DNA from: an uncultured virus (IMG/VR IMGVR_UViG_3300001460_000019)
Lineage: Duplodnaviria > Heunggongvirae > Uroviricota > Caudoviricetes
Virus record (IMG/VR): IMGVR_UViG_3300001460_000019
Location: 1-64,000 of that record
Length of the DNA stretch: 64,000 bases
Reading direction: 5' to 3' (one strand)
Shown here: piece after piece, positions 9,821-20,486 of the stretch
Layout: the number at the start of each line of letters is the position of its first letter
Numbering within the stretch: the stretch's first letter is position 1
The notes under the pieces: model-generated
Seen by the model: the letters and a program-made list of their open reading frames with translations, nothing else
The model's database searches: none
What the model was told of the DNA's origin: nothing
Translations under genes and position numbers: made by a program

Positions 9821-10147
9821 ATGGCTGAAGAACAAGCACAAAAAGAATCTACTCAAGAAGCAGTACAACAAGCACCAGCGGCAGAGGCACCACAATTGTC
9901 AATTGCTGACTTACAGGCTTTGTTGAATGTTATTGACGTAGCAAGTTCAAGAGGTGCGTTCAGAGCCAATGAACTTACCAACGTTGGTGGTATAGCTGAT
10001 AAACTTACAAAGTTTTTACAGCATGTCGCAGATCAGCAGAAAGCTCAAGCAGATGCTAAAAGCAAAACTGAAGCTGAAGGCGGAGCAATTGACGAAGGTA
10101 AAATTGGCGATGCACAACCTAATCAGGAACAACCTGAACAAAAATAA
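9821..10147 (+). CDS. conserved phage hypothetical protein
   Basis: LSIADL...IDVASSRGAF.ANEL pattern, GGAG RBS. Confidence 0.75.
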   Translation: MAEEQAQKESTQEAVQQAPAAEAPQLSIADLQALLNVIDVASSRGAFRANELTNVGGIADKLTKFLQHVADQQKAQADAKSKTEAEGGAIDEGKIGDAQPNQEQPEQK

Positions 10148-10170
10148 TAATTGCAATTAGGAGAAAAATA

Positions 10171-10797
10171 ATGATAAAACATACAGGTAGAGTGGACTCA
10201 ACCAACAGACGTGTTGTAGTTGTATTTCCATCGATACCAGAAGATCAAGACAACTGTCTTGTGGTTGACATCAATGCATTAGAACAAAGATATCACGATG
10301 GTTTAATGCAGGCGGTTGAATCACCAGAAGCTCAAGCATCTAATAAATTATACGAAGTGCTAGGCAGAAAGTTGTTTTGGGATGGTAAAAACATACTAAC
10401 AACTTTGCATGAAAAAGGTTTCTTAAGAAGAATTCCAGTAGACACAGTAACATTGTTACCGACAACTACAGATACACTTCCTTTGAAAGAGTTTAATGCA
10501 TACCAAAAAATGGTTTCTGAAACAAAAACAGATCCAGCAATTCCGCAAACACCAGATTCATCAACTAAAGCAGGCGAAATGGCAAAGCCACTAGATGAAA
10601 CTAACGAAGATGGTATTGCAAGAAATTTATTAATTCAAGCAGAATTAATGGAAGCTGACGCAATGAGAAAACGTGAAGAAGCTGAATCAGTTTCACCTGG
10701 TATACAGAGAAAATTAGGCAAAGAGCCTATTTTTGCTGAACCAAAAAGACCAAGAGGTAGACCTAAAAAAGAAGCTACCGCAGAAACGACTTCATAA
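10171..10797 (+). CDS. phage hypothetical protein with C-terminal AT-hook
   Basis: 208 aa; KRPRGRPKK near the C-terminus. Confidence 0.7.
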   Translation: MIKHTGRVDSTNRRVVVVFPSIPEDQDNCLVVDINALEQRYHDGLMQAVESPEAQASNKLYEVLGRKLFWDGKNILTTLHEKGFLRRIPVDTVTLLPTTTDTLPLKEFNAYQKMVSETKTDPAIPQTPDSSTKAGEMAKPLDETNEDGIARNLLIQAELMEADAMRKREEAESVSPGIQRKLGKEPIFAEPKRPRGRPKKEATAETTS

Positions 10798-10804
10798 GTT
10801 TACT

Positions 10805-10845
10805 AAAACCTGTCTATGATAAATACTAGTACATAGGCAGGTTTT
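10805..10845 (+). terminator. intrinsic terminator-like hairpin with TAAATA in its loop
   Basis: AAAACCTGTCTATG / CATAGGCAGGTTTT inverted repeat followed by a T run. Confidence 0.65.
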
Positions 10846-10847
10846 TT

Positions 10848-11186
10848 ATGACACAAGACTCAAACAGAAAATTTATACCTTCTCGAAATGATAGAGATCA
10901 CAAAGAATTTGATCGTATCATGCATGAGATACATCCAAAAAAAATTCCAGCAAATTTTGTTGATAAAATTAAACTATTTCATAGAGATGGTTCAACAAGC
11001 CTAATGACTAGTGATGATATCTATAATACTATTCCTGTACATGGCCAAGTTGATTGGGACAAAGTTGCAGAAAGCTATCACGACATAGTAAATATGGAAA
11101 TTTATATAGATATGGAATCACTAGAAAATGCTGTTCATCAAAACGTGCATAGAATGTTTAATTCCGCTTTTAGAAAAAAAAATTAG
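10848..11186 (+). CDS. hypothetical protein
   Basis: 112 aa ORF. Confidence 0.65.
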   Translation: MTQDSNRKFIPSRNDRDHKEFDRIMHEIHPKKIPANFVDKIKLFHRDGSTSLMTSDDIYNTIPVHGQVDWDKVAESYHDIVNMEIYIDMESLENAVHQNVHRMFNSAFRKKN

Positions 11187-11279
11187 TTAGATTTAGCATA
11201 TTGACAGATATTGGAAAGTATGTTATAAATAGTATTACAATTTACCGTATTTAACAATAGAGGTTGGGGTAATACTATT

Positions 11280-11813
11280 ATGAAGATTATACTGTCATTT
11301 TTATATATTTCTGGCATTCTCGCCATAGGTAGACTCATACCACATCCACCAAACTTTACACCAATATTGGCCGCGGCTATATTTGCACCATACATCGTTA
11401 ACGATCGTTGGATAGCAATAGCAGTACCATTAATGGCAATGTTTATTGGAGATGTGTTTATAGGGTTTCATCCTTATATGCTTTGGGTTTATGGATCAAT
11501 AGCAATGTCCACAGTTATTAGCAGATGGGCTATGCAGTTTGGCAAATACATACCATTAGCAATAATGACAATAGGATCATCAGTGTTATTTTTTGTAGTA
11601 ACAAATTTTGCAGTATGGATTATGTGGGACTACTATCCTAACACATTAGAAGGATTAATAATGTGTTACACAATGGCAATACCATTTTTCCAAAATACAC
11701 TGTTAGGCACAGTTGTTTATACTGCCTTAATGGTGTCACTGACTATAGCATTATCTCGACCTTTACACAACATCTACTTAATGGTAGTTAACAGGAAAGG
11801 TCTCTATGAATAG
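11280..11813 (+). CDS. DUF6580-like membrane transporter component (putative B12-related)
   Basis: RLIPHPPNFTPI, FFVVTNFAVW, CYTMAIPFF motifs; about 5-6 TM segments; adjacent to a TonB-dependent receptor. Confidence 0.75.
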   Translation: MKIILSFLYISGILAIGRLIPHPPNFTPILAAAIFAPYIVNDRWIAIAVPLMAMFIGDVFIGFHPYMLWVYGSIAMSTVISRWAMQFGKYIPLAIMTIGSSVLFFVVTNFAVWIMWDYYPNTLEGLIMCYTMAIPFFQNTLLGTVVYTALMVSLTIALSRPLHNIYLMVVNRKGLYE

Positions 11814-13668
11814 TGAAGGCAAAAGAAACATCGGAAGAGGAATAATAGTATTAGCAATATTATTTGTAGCATTTTTAATTAAACCTGCAAAAGCAGGAGA
11901 GAATGAATGTTATTGGGAAGAAATGATGGATGAAACAATTGTATGTGATTCATTGGTAATAAACATACCAATATTTCATACAATGACAGCATCTCAAAAA
12001 GCAGATAGAATATACACAGATTCGTTTATTTGGTTAGACGATGAAAAGAAAGAAGGGTCTAGCATATTATCAGAAGCATTAGAAGACGCACCAAGTTTTA
12101 ATGCAGTTAGATCAGGACCAGCAGGACAACAGACATCGTTATTTACAAGAGGAACAAATTCAAATCACACACTTGTAACAATTAACGGGTCAGCAATTAC
12201 AGACTACTCAACAACAAATGGTGCTACAGATTTAAACAACATTAACATACATTTTGCAGATGGTTTACATTTATACACAGGACCAATGAGTACTAACTAC
12301 GGACCAAATGCAGTTGGTGGTGTTGTTGATATACAAACATCTGATTACAAACAAAATGAATTTTCCATATCGCAAGGGTCACATGACACAAACACTATGG
12401 CTTATACATATGGTAAAGATTTTTTTACCTTTGGAATATATACAGAACAGTCAGACGGGATATCAGTTTATCCACAGGGTACAGAACCAGATGGATATGA
12501 TGTATTAGGATTTAATGTTGGGCATGTTATAACTCTTGATGATACAAAGATTAAATTTACAGGAGTAACAAATACAACCAACGCAGATATTGATGCCTCA
12601 GGTGCAGATGATTTGGATTATACAAATGAAACAAAGTTTTACTTTGGACAAATGCAGACGTCAACTGATGTAAAGTATGGAAAGATAAAAACAGTTTTTG
12701 ATCATACTATATGGGATAGACAATACGTAAATGGAACAGAAATAGACAATTATGATTCTGTTGCAACACATGGATCTTTAGATTGGGTAACAAGTTCAGA
12801 CCAAGTATCAACTAAAACAGGTGTAGATGTAACTGGATTTGATGTAGACTTTAATAATACAGGTAGCTATAATTCTACAGTTGATAAGTCAGCATCAGTA
12901 ACAGGGATATATCATAACTTTGATTATTCATTTACAAACAATCTAATTGTATCAGGTGGTTTAAGACATGACGAGCATTCTATTGCAAATGGTCAATCAA
13001 CATATTCAATTGGAGCGGCATATAATGGTTTTCGTATAAGCCAATCAACAGGATATAAAGCACCAACACTGTATGAACTATATGGTGCAGATAACTATGG
13101 TTACACAGGTAACGTAAATCTTAAAGCAGAACAATCTGTTAGTAATGAAATAGGATATAATCGTAAAGATAAATCTTATAATTTTGATATTGCTTTTTAT
13201 TCAACAGATATCAAAGACATGATAACATACTCTAATTCAACATATAATAATGATAGTAATGGAACATCTAATATGAAGGGTGCAGACATTGACTTTACTT
13301 ACTATGTTGGTAATTTTAGCTTTGTGAACAATGTAGCACTAACATCAGCACAAGATTCATCAGGTACTTGGTTAAAACGTAGACCTCATACTACTTGGAA
13401 ATCTGGTGTAACTTATGCTAAAGATAACTATTATATATCACCTAGCATATTATATTATGGTGATCATAGAGATACTGACTCAGTTAACTGGTCAACTATT
13501 ACTGTTAAAGAAAGAACAACAGCAGATCTTACAGCAGGTTATTATCTAACACAAGATTCTGAAATAGTTTTAAACGTAAAAAACTTAACAGATGATCAGT
13601 ATGAAAGACCAGATGGTTATAATCAAGGCGGAAGAAATATAACAGTTGGATGGAAATTAAAGTTTTAA
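11806..13668 (+). CDS. btuB: TonB-dependent outer membrane receptor, BtuB-like
   Basis: plug motif RSG..GQ.TSLFTRGTNSNHTLV.ING, GPMST.YG.NAVGGVV, GYKAPTLYEL, NLTD..YE.PDGY, terminal Phe. Confidence 0.75.
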   Translation: MNSEGKRNIGRGIIVLAILFVAFLIKPAKAGENECYWEEMMDETIVCDSLVINIPIFHTMTASQKADRIYTDSFIWLDDEKKEGSSILSEALEDAPSFNAVRSGPAGQQTSLFTRGTNSNHTLVTINGSAITDYSTTNGATDLNNINIHFADGLHLYTGPMSTNYGPNAVGGVVDIQTSDYKQNEFSISQGSHDTNTMAYTYGKDFFTFGIYTEQSDGISVYPQGTEPDGYDVLGFNVGHVITLDDTKIKFTGVTNTTNADIDASGADDLDYTNETKFYFGQMQTSTDVKYGKIKTVFDHTIWDRQYVNGTEIDNYDSVATHGSLDWVTSSDQVSTKTGVDVTGFDVDFNNTGSYNSTVDKSASVTGIYHNFDYSFTNNLIVSGGLRHDEHSIANGQSTYSIGAAYNGFRISQSTGYKAPTLYELYGADNYGYTGNVNLKAEQSVSNEIGYNRKDKSYNFDIAFYSTDIKDMITYSNSTYNNDSNGTSNMKGADIDFTYYVGNFSFVNNVALTSAQDSSGTWLKRRPHTTWKSGVTYAKDNYYISPSILYYGDHRDTDSVNWSTITVKERTTADLTAGYYLTQDSEIVLNVKNLTDDQYERPDGYNQGGRNITVGWKLKF

Positions 13669-13724
13669 TATAGACTTGTAAATTAGGATAAATATTGTTA
13701 TAATTGTGTTAATAAAGGAAAACC

Positions 13725-14477
13725 ATGAAAAAGCAAGAAACAACTAAAGATCAGTATTTTTTATTTGTTGCTCAGATGATCGCACATCTAAGCATTATAC
13801 CTATGATTGTGTATGGTGCTTGGTATCATTGGGTGATAGCATTTTTTGTATATTTTATTACTGGATGTTTTGGAATGACAATGACATATCATAGATTGTT
13901 AAGTCATGCAAGTTGGAAGGCGCCTAAATGGTTTTACTACTTTGGATCACTAGCAGGTACATACGGGTTAACCGGATCAACTATAGGATGGGTAGCTATT
14001 CATAGAGAACACCATGTGCATACTGATAGCGAAGATGATCCACACTCACCATCGTACAAAGGCTTTTTTAAAGTTCAATGGTTAAGCATGTTTGATAAGC
14101 CAAAACCGAGGTACGTTGTTAAACTTATTAGAAATAAATTTCATTTGTTCACTCATAGATATTATATTTTAATACATTTAGCAATTGCCGGAACATGGTA
14201 TATGATTGATCCAATGTTACTAGTATCAGCTTATCTATTTCCAGCAATGATACTTTGGAATGCAGGATCATTTATTAACACTCTTTCTCATATGATTGGA
14301 TATAGAAACCATGAAACTCCTGATAACTCAACTAATGTTCCAATGTTAGGAATATTAATGTGGGGTGAAGGCTGGCATAATAATCATCATGCAAATCCTA
14401 ACAATTCAAATTTTCAACATAAATGGTGGGAGTTTGATATGGGTGGTTGGTTCATAAAACAATTAGAGGTAAAATAA
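13725..14477 (+). CDS. membrane fatty acid (delta-9-type) desaturase
   Basis: His boxes HRLLSH, HREHH, GEGWHNNHH. Confidence 0.9.
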   Translation: MKKQETTKDQYFLFVAQMIAHLSIIPMIVYGAWYHWVIAFFVYFITGCFGMTMTYHRLLSHASWKAPKWFYYFGSLAGTYGLTGSTIGWVAIHREHHVHTDSEDDPHSPSYKGFFKVQWLSMFDKPKPRYVVKLIRNKFHLFTHRYYILIHLAIAGTWYMIDPMLLVSAYLFPAMILWNAGSFINTLSHMIGYRNHETPDNSTNVPMLGILMWGEGWHNNHHANPNNSNFQHKWWEFDMGGWFIKQLEVK

Positions 14478-14478
14478 A

Positions 14479-15141
14479 GTGGGAAAAAGGAAGACTCAAT
14501 CTTCTAAAAATTTAAAAATAGCAGTAACAGGTCATACATCCGGAATTGGTAAATCCATATACAATATGGGAATTTTACAAGGCCATGATGTTGTTGGCTT
14601 TAGTCGTGCCACAGGTTTTAATTTAAAAAACATCGGAAAACAATATACTACTGATCAAGAATCTGATAAACACCAAGACTTTGAATACACAGAAGATACA
14701 AAAAGATTTTTGAGAGAAATCAAAGACTATGATATATTCATCAACAATGCTCACTTACAATGGAGCCAGTTAGATTTACTCTATGCTGTTTATGAAATGT
14801 GGCAAAAACAAAATAAACTGATTATTTGCATAGGGTCAACAGCAAAAGATCATAATGAGCCAGCTGAAATAGTCAAACCTTATTATCATCAAAAAATTGC
14901 ATTAGAAACAGTTGTTGATAACTTTGGTGTTTATGGAAAAGGAAAATGTAAAGTTTCTATCATAAGACCAGGTTGGGTAGACACAGGACTATTTGAAAAA
15001 TCTCCTGAATATAAAAAAACAATTCCTATGGGAGTAAAACTAGTACCATCAGATAAGATAGCTGAATCAGTATACTATATGGTCAACCAACCAAAGAATG
15101 TGCATATCAAAAATATATCTATTGAATCATGGTACATATAA
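14479..15141 (+). CDS. short-chain dehydrogenase/reductase
   Basis: TGHTSGIG, INNA, YxxxK, PGWVDT. Confidence 0.8.
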   Translation: MGKRKTQSSKNLKIAVTGHTSGIGKSIYNMGILQGHDVVGFSRATGFNLKNIGKQYTTDQESDKHQDFEYTEDTKRFLREIKDYDIFINNAHLQWSQLDLLYAVYEMWQKQNKLIICIGSTAKDHNEPAEIVKPYYHQKIALETVVDNFGVYGKGKCKVSIIRPGWVDTGLFEKSPEYKKTIPMGVKLVPSDKIAESVYYMVNQPKNVHIKNISIESWYI

Positions 15142-15142
15142 T

Positions 15143-15745
15143 ATGGAAAAAATATTAAAATATACTTCAGCATATAAACCAATAGTTGAAGACTTTCTCA
15201 TACAAGCAGTAATAGAAGGAAGTTCCGGAACTTATAAAAAAGAAAAATTTAACATAGATGAATTAGATGATAAAAGCAGTTTGTGGTTAGCATTAGTTGA
15301 TAACGAAGTTGCTAGTATAAGTTATGCTGAAAGAAGTTTTATCACAGGCACTCCAGAGTCTATTAGGAAATGCAGATATCATATTCTTAAAAAACACAGG
15401 CATGGACGTTATGGATTTAAAATGATGAAGCATCAAATTGCTTGGGCAAAAGACAATGGGTTTAAACATTATTACTGGACACATGATGTTAAAGATGTAG
15501 CAATTAATAAATTATTTCAGCATAAGAAAAAATACGTAGGTGGCGATAACAGTTGGTTTGAAGATGAAGATTATAAAAAGCTAACACTTGAAAAAGATCT
15601 AGTGTTTCACGATAAGCCAAAATCAAATATGATACAGTTTATCTATAGCTATTACATTGATCCAAATTATAAATGGAAACCAACCAACGCAGTAATATTG
15701 CATCAACATAATGGAACTATAAAAGATGTTTCAGAGGTATTATGA
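15143..15745 (+). CDS. GNAT-like acetyltransferase
   Basis: HRHGRYG acetyl-CoA-binding-like motif followed by WAKDNG; start taken at MEKILKY. Confidence 0.55.
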   Translation: MEKILKYTSAYKPIVEDFLIQAVIEGSSGTYKKEKFNIDELDDKSSLWLALVDNEVASISYAERSFITGTPESIRKCRYHILKKHRHGRYGFKMMKHQIAWAKDNGFKHYYWTHDVKDVAINKLFQHKKKYVGGDNSWFEDEDYKKLTLEKDLVFHDKPKSNMIQFIYSYYIDPNYKWKPTNAVILHQHNGTIKDVSEVL

Positions 15746-17523
15746 AAACAGTACAATTAGGCACAGTATCGGTTATACATGAAACATGGTTGCCATATGC
15801 CGCGGCATGCCTTATTAGTTACTGTAATAAGATTCCAGAAATAAAATCAAATTATAAATTCAATGATCCAATATACAAATATAAACCTGTAGAAGAATAT
15901 ACAGAAGAGTTTAAAAATATTGATGTATTTGGGTTAACTTGTTACGTATGGAACCAAGCATATAATGATCAATTGATGAGTCATTACAAAGATGTAAACC
16001 CAAATGGTATTACAATGTATGGTGGACCTAATGTACCTGAAGATCCTAAACTTGCAGAAAAGTTTGCAAAAGATCATCCTTATATAGATATATTTTGGGT
16101 AGGTCCTGGTGAAAAGTTAATTAGTAAGTTTTTACAAAATATTGATACTCCAATGAGTACACATGACGGTAGTTTTGGGTTAGGATGGAATAACGTAGAG
16201 GTAGGAAAAAAATTATATCAAATTGAAACTCATGAAATGCCTACACCATATTTAGATGGAGTATTTGATTCTATACTTGCTGAAGAAAAAAGAGTTAAAG
16301 CATCATTTGAAACTAATCGTGGTTGTCCTTTTAAATGTGCATTCTGCGATTGGGGTGGACAAGCAAGATCAAAAGTTACAAAGTTTGATATGGATCCTGT
16401 AAATGAACAATTAGACTTTATATACAAACACACCAACATAGCAGAAGTAGAGATACTTGATGCTAACTTTGGTATGTTACCTAGAGATTTAGATGTCGTT
16501 AAAAAAATGAAAGCAAATAAAGAAGCAACAGGCAATAATCCTAAAATATCTTATAGTGGACTTGCAAAGAATGGTAGTAAATGGTTACCAGAGATTATCG
16601 ATATAATACATAACAATTTAGATGCTGATCAACGTAATTTGAAAGTAAGTTTCCAAACACATGCAAAAGAAACATTAAAAGTTATTAACAGAGCAAATAT
16701 TAACAATGATAAACTATTACCTTTAATTGATAGTTTTAAGTCTAAAGGATTACCAGTAACATCAGAAATGATTATTGCTTTACCTGGCGAAACAGCAGAC
16801 AGTTGGTTATACTCATTGAATAAAGATTATGAGCTTGGTATTGATTTTATGCGATCATACTTTTTAAACCTAGTACCTAATACAGAATTATATACAGATA
16901 AGTTTCAAAAAGAACACAAGGTAGAATCTAAGATACTTGCATTTCCTTATTCGTTTTCAGGACTAGGATATAAGCAATTGCATAATCATCCAGAGTACAG
17001 AGATGAACGTAGCACATATGAATTTGAAGAGATAGAAATTATGCATAAATGTTTTTCATATGATGAAGATGAAATTGTTCGTATGTTTGACTATTGGTGG
17101 TTCTACCATAACTTTCATAACTCAAGAGCATTAAATCATACTATGAAAGATTTATTTGATACTGGGCATGATATAGAGTTCCAAGTTAAATGGTTTTATA
17201 AGCATTTAGATAAAATGCCTTTAATGATTAAACTAGTAGAAAAGAACAGACAAATAATTAGAAATATATTTAAAGATGAGCCAAGAACAGAAGTAAAAGA
17301 TTTAGCAACATATTTGTATTTTTCAAGATGTTTACGTGCAGATGAAATATATCAGTTTTGGCATAACCAAGATCAGTTTGTAGAAGATTTGTCAAAAGTA
17401 TTTCCAGAGAAGTTGGTTAAATATGATATATCAGAATGGAAAAAAGAATTTGATATGAGTATGTATGGTACAGACGCTCGTATTAAACCAACTGAGATTG
17501 TTGCTATAGGGAGCGAAAGATAA
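15742..17523 (+). CDS. B12-binding-domain radical SAM enzyme (class B-like)
   Basis: N-terminal GLTCYVWN...GGPN...GPGE; ETNRGCPFKCAFCDW; DANFG; ALPGET. Confidence 0.88.
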   Translation: MKTVQLGTVSVIHETWLPYAAACLISYCNKIPEIKSNYKFNDPIYKYKPVEEYTEEFKNIDVFGLTCYVWNQAYNDQLMSHYKDVNPNGITMYGGPNVPEDPKLAEKFAKDHPYIDIFWVGPGEKLISKFLQNIDTPMSTHDGSFGLGWNNVEVGKKLYQIETHEMPTPYLDGVFDSILAEEKRVKASFETNRGCPFKCAFCDWGGQARSKVTKFDMDPVNEQLDFIYKHTNIAEVEILDANFGMLPRDLDVVKKMKANKEATGNNPKISYSGLAKNGSKWLPEIIDIIHNNLDADQRNLKVSFQTHAKETLKVINRANINNDKLLPLIDSFKSKGLPVTSEMIIALPGETADSWLYSLNKDYELGIDFMRSYFLNLVPNTELYTDKFQKEHKVESKILAFPYSFSGLGYKQLHNHPEYRDERSTYEFEEIEIMHKCFSYDEDEIVRMFDYWWFYHNFHNSRALNHTMKDLFDTGHDIEFQVKWFYKHLDKMPLMIKLVEKNRQIIRNIFKDEPRTEVKDLATYLYFSRCLRADEIYQFWHNQDQFVEDLSKVFPEKLVKYDISEWKKEFDMSMYGTDARIKPTEIVAIGSER

Positions 17524-18290
17524 TGTGGAAAGAATTAGTAAAGAATGAGTTATGGGAATATGATAACTTTCTTGATGACAGTACAATTAGTCAAATAAAA
17601 CAAAATATGTTAACAGCAGGTAAAACTGAACTAGAACCTGGCGAAGCAATATTGCCAAACTTTAGAAATTCAGGAGTTAATGCAACAACATATAATTACA
17701 CAGTGCATAGAACTGATATACATAAAGATAGAGTATTGATTGATTTATATATGGGTAAAGTGAATGAGCTAATGCAACCACTTACAGAAGCAACAGTACC
17801 TATGGATAACTTAGAAGGCTTACAGTTATTCACAAAGAGTTTTTCAAAACGTGGTTGGTATGATCTACATACTGAGCCAATTGACAAATACGGTCCATAT
17901 GCTTTTATGCATTTTCTTTCTTCTGAAGAAGGTGGTGAGTTAGTATTTCCTAGTCGCAATGGAGTAGAAAAACATTTACAGCAGTTTCCTAAACAAGAAG
18001 CTAGATGGCAAGAAAATATACAGTTAGTAGAATCAAAAGGATTTCCAATGCGTTATTTAGATGATGTAGTTGTAAAGCCAACGTATAATAAGTGTGTAGT
18101 ATTTGCAATAGGGTCAGCTCATTATGTAAATCCTTTGCAAGGCGAAGTAACTAAAGAATCAAGACAAGTAGTCACTGGATGGCCTTATGCTACAAAAGAT
18201 CTCATTAATGGTTTAGATCAACATTGTAATTTTAATTATTACTTTGACTCTAAACGTCATGAACAACCAAAGCCAGAGGACTGTCATTAA
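17523..18290 (+). CDS. Fe(II)/2OG oxygenase (prolyl hydroxylase-like)
   Basis: LHTE, EGGELVF, HYVNP, distal R; paralog of the next gene. Confidence 0.7.
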   Translation: MWKELVKNELWEYDNFLDDSTISQIKQNMLTAGKTELEPGEAILPNFRNSGVNATTYNYTVHRTDIHKDRVLIDLYMGKVNELMQPLTEATVPMDNLEGLQLFTKSFSKRGWYDLHTEPIDKYGPYAFMHFLSSEEGGELVFPSRNGVEKHLQQFPKQEARWQENIQLVESKGFPMRYLDDVVVKPTYNKCVVFAIGSAHYVNPLQGEVTKESRQVVTGWPYATKDLINGLDQHCNFNYYFDSKRHEQPKPEDCH

Positions 18291-18979
18291 TGTGGAATGA
18301 ATTAGTTTATGATGAAGTATGGCACACAGAACATTTTATCGATGATGCTCTTGTAGACAAAGCATTAAGTCATATCCGTGAATCAGAAACTAAAGAACTA
18401 GATGGTAATGAACAACCACATATTATTAGTAAGTCATACTACAATTATAATCATGTAAAATATAATGTACATCAAGATAATGATATAGTATTAGCAGTAA
18501 TTAATAAACTAAATGAAATATTAGCAGATGTATATAAACCAATACTAATAGAAGATATAAATGAAAAAAATGTTTTACAATTTACTACTAAAACATTTAA
18601 TCCAAAAAGTATATATAATGTCCACACTGAACGTAAAGATATATATGGTGAATTTGTTTTTATACATTATCTAACAAATGAAGAAGGCGGCGAATTAGTA
18701 TTGCCAAACGAATATATGTTAGCAGATCATTTTAACTTTCATCCTGAAGAAAAAGAAAACTGGGAAGAATTTAAAACAAAATTATTTAAAGAATCAAAAC
18801 AAGACCCTTATCTAGTAGGTCCATTAGCAATTAAACCAAAAAGAAACTCTTGTGTGCTAATGCGAGTAGGATCAGCTCATTATGTAAATCCTGTTACAAA
18901 TGCTAAACCAAATTGTCGTGTTGTTATTACAGGCTGGCCATTTGCTAATATGGATTGGAAAGCAAAATTTAATCAATAA
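18290..18979 (+). CDS. Fe(II)/2OG oxygenase (prolyl hydroxylase-like)
   Basis: VHTE, EGGELVL, HYVNPV, RVVITGW. Confidence 0.7.
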   Translation: MWNELVYDEVWHTEHFIDDALVDKALSHIRESETKELDGNEQPHIISKSYYNYNHVKYNVHQDNDIVLAVINKLNEILADVYKPILIEDINEKNVLQFTTKTFNPKSIYNVHTERKDIYGEFVFIHYLTNEEGGELVLPNEYMLADHFNFHPEEKENWEEFKTKLFKESKQDPYLVGPLAIKPKRNSCVLMRVGSAHYVNPVTNAKPNCRVVITGWPFANMDWKAKFNQ

Positions 18980-18996
18980 TGATAAATATTGCTTTG

Positions 18997-19137
18997 ATGC
19001 AGGATAGTCAAAAAAAGAAACAGAAACGTAAAACAACAGTTAAAAAACGTAAATATGTACGTTCAGAATATAACCACTATCAGCCAAATAATCCTTTAAC
19101 AAAGTATTTTGCAAAATTAATTGAAAAACAAGATTAA
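18997..19137 (+). CDS. small basic protein (46 aa, not in ORF track)
   Basis: MQDSQKKKQKRK...; TAAATA just upstream. Confidence 0.45.
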   Translation: MQDSQKKKQKRKTTVKKRKYVRSEYNHYQPNNPLTKYFAKLIEKQD

Positions 19138-19243
19138 AATATAAAGTAGTAAATTAAAAATAGTATTACTAAAATAGCAGGAACCTGCTGTATTAATAGC
19201 CACTCAATAAGTTTTTTAAGTTTATAACTTAATGGATCGTTCA

Positions 19244-19570
19244 TTAGAATAAAAATTTTCTATCACCAGCAAATTCTTTATAGTCCATAGTTAATTCTTC
19301 ACCCTTTTTTATATTTTTAGCAGAAACAAAACTAGTACCACCTAAGTATGCTAAATTTGAATCTTCGCTGTGATTAATAAATGTATCTTCACAATCCATG
19401 TTGTGAGTTAAACTAACAGGAAATTTTTGAGGTGCTTGTTCTTTTGGAACAATAGAGCCTTTAAGCTCAACTACCTGTCGACCAATTGGAATGTTTTCTA
19501 ATGCAAACCTTCCTTGTCCGTGTATATTTGATTCTTTTACTTCTGTTTTAAACAGCCAATGGTTGGGCAT
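19244..19570 (-). CDS. SET-domain protein (start uncertain; open to 19645)
   Basis: S.IHGQGRFA, FINHS..SN, IKKGEELTMDY. Confidence 0.8.
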   Translation of the reverse strand: MPNHWLFKTEVKESNIHGQGRFALENIPIGRQVVELKGSIVPKEQAPQKFPVSLTHNMDCEDTFINHSEDSNLAYLGGTSFVSAKNIKKGEELTMDYKEFAGDRKFLF

Positions 19571-20363
19571 CTGCCTGGGCCTTATGTTCTTTATATGCTT
19601 TTTGTATTTGCAAGTTGCCCATGTTGTTATTTTCATTCCAATCATTCTCTGGTATTTCTTGTAAGTCTGATTGATCTTTTAAACTAAACATTAAGCTAAT
19701 TCTTGGTGTATTTCCAGAATTTACTACAGTATGAGTAAATCCTATATTTAAGAAATATGCTGAACCATCTGCTTTTAAATGATATGCTTCTTCTTTACTT
19801 TTTCTCCAAAAGTAATTTGTTGCTTCTTCTTCTGCAAAGATAGGAATAATAACTCTTACAGCATAAGTCGGATCGTAATCAATATGTGGCGTAAGAGTCT
19901 TGCCGGGATCTAACCTTACAAGTCTTACTCTTATTGCATCTGAATTAAAAGAGTTTACTACTTCTTCAAAGTATGTACCTTTATACTTTTCAGTAGGAGT
20001 ATTATAGTTATGCTCGTTTAATGCTGGATCTAAGTTTTCTCCACGTCTTGCTTTTAACCTATATTTTGCAATTTTACTAATTGCTTCATCACCAGTTCCC
20101 GCAGTCTTACCCATTACTTCACAAGACTCAACAGTAGGTGCTTCTCCTTGCGGATCAAATTCTGTAAGATTAATTTGTTTAAAATGTTTATACACACTCA
20201 TAACTAATTCGTGATTGTTTGAACATAATGCTTTATTAGTGTCCATCACATTACCATAGTCATTAGCTAAAACAAGTGCTTCTTTCTTTAATCGTTCGAT
20301 GTCAAACTTATGGTTCTCAAATTTCCACATTGTTGGTAATTGATATTTTTTACGTACTAACAT
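19548..20363 (-). CDS. aspartyl/asparaginyl beta-hydroxylase-like Fe(II)/2OG oxygenase
   Basis: RVRLVRLDPG...PHID...HTVVN.G..PRISL. Confidence 0.8.
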   Translation of the reverse strand: MLVRKKYQLPTMWKFENHKFDIERLKKEALVLANDYGNVMDTNKALCSNNHELVMSVYKHFKQINLTEFDPQGEAPTVESCEVMGKTAGTGDEAISKIAKYRLKARRGENLDPALNEHNYNTPTEKYKGTYFEEVVNSFNSDAIRVRLVRLDPGKTLTPHIDYDPTYAVRVIIPIFAEEEATNYFWRKSKEEAYHLKADGSAYFLNIGFTHTVVNSGNTPRISLMFSLKDQSDLQEIPENDWNENNNMGNLQIQKAYKEHKAQADAQPLAV

Positions 20364-20486
20364 TTTAATTATTTCTCCTAATAAGCAATATTATACATAT
20401 ATTTATCATAGAATGCAAGTGGTAAATATATAAAGTACACACTTTATATTGATTTAATTAAGATTTTACTGTATACTTATAAAAAA

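Noticed and set aside
11187..11279. Cobalamin riboswitch upstream of the transporter/btuB genes
   Set aside because: Only ~90 AT-rich nt, occupied by promoter motifs; no B12-box or multi-stem structure recognised
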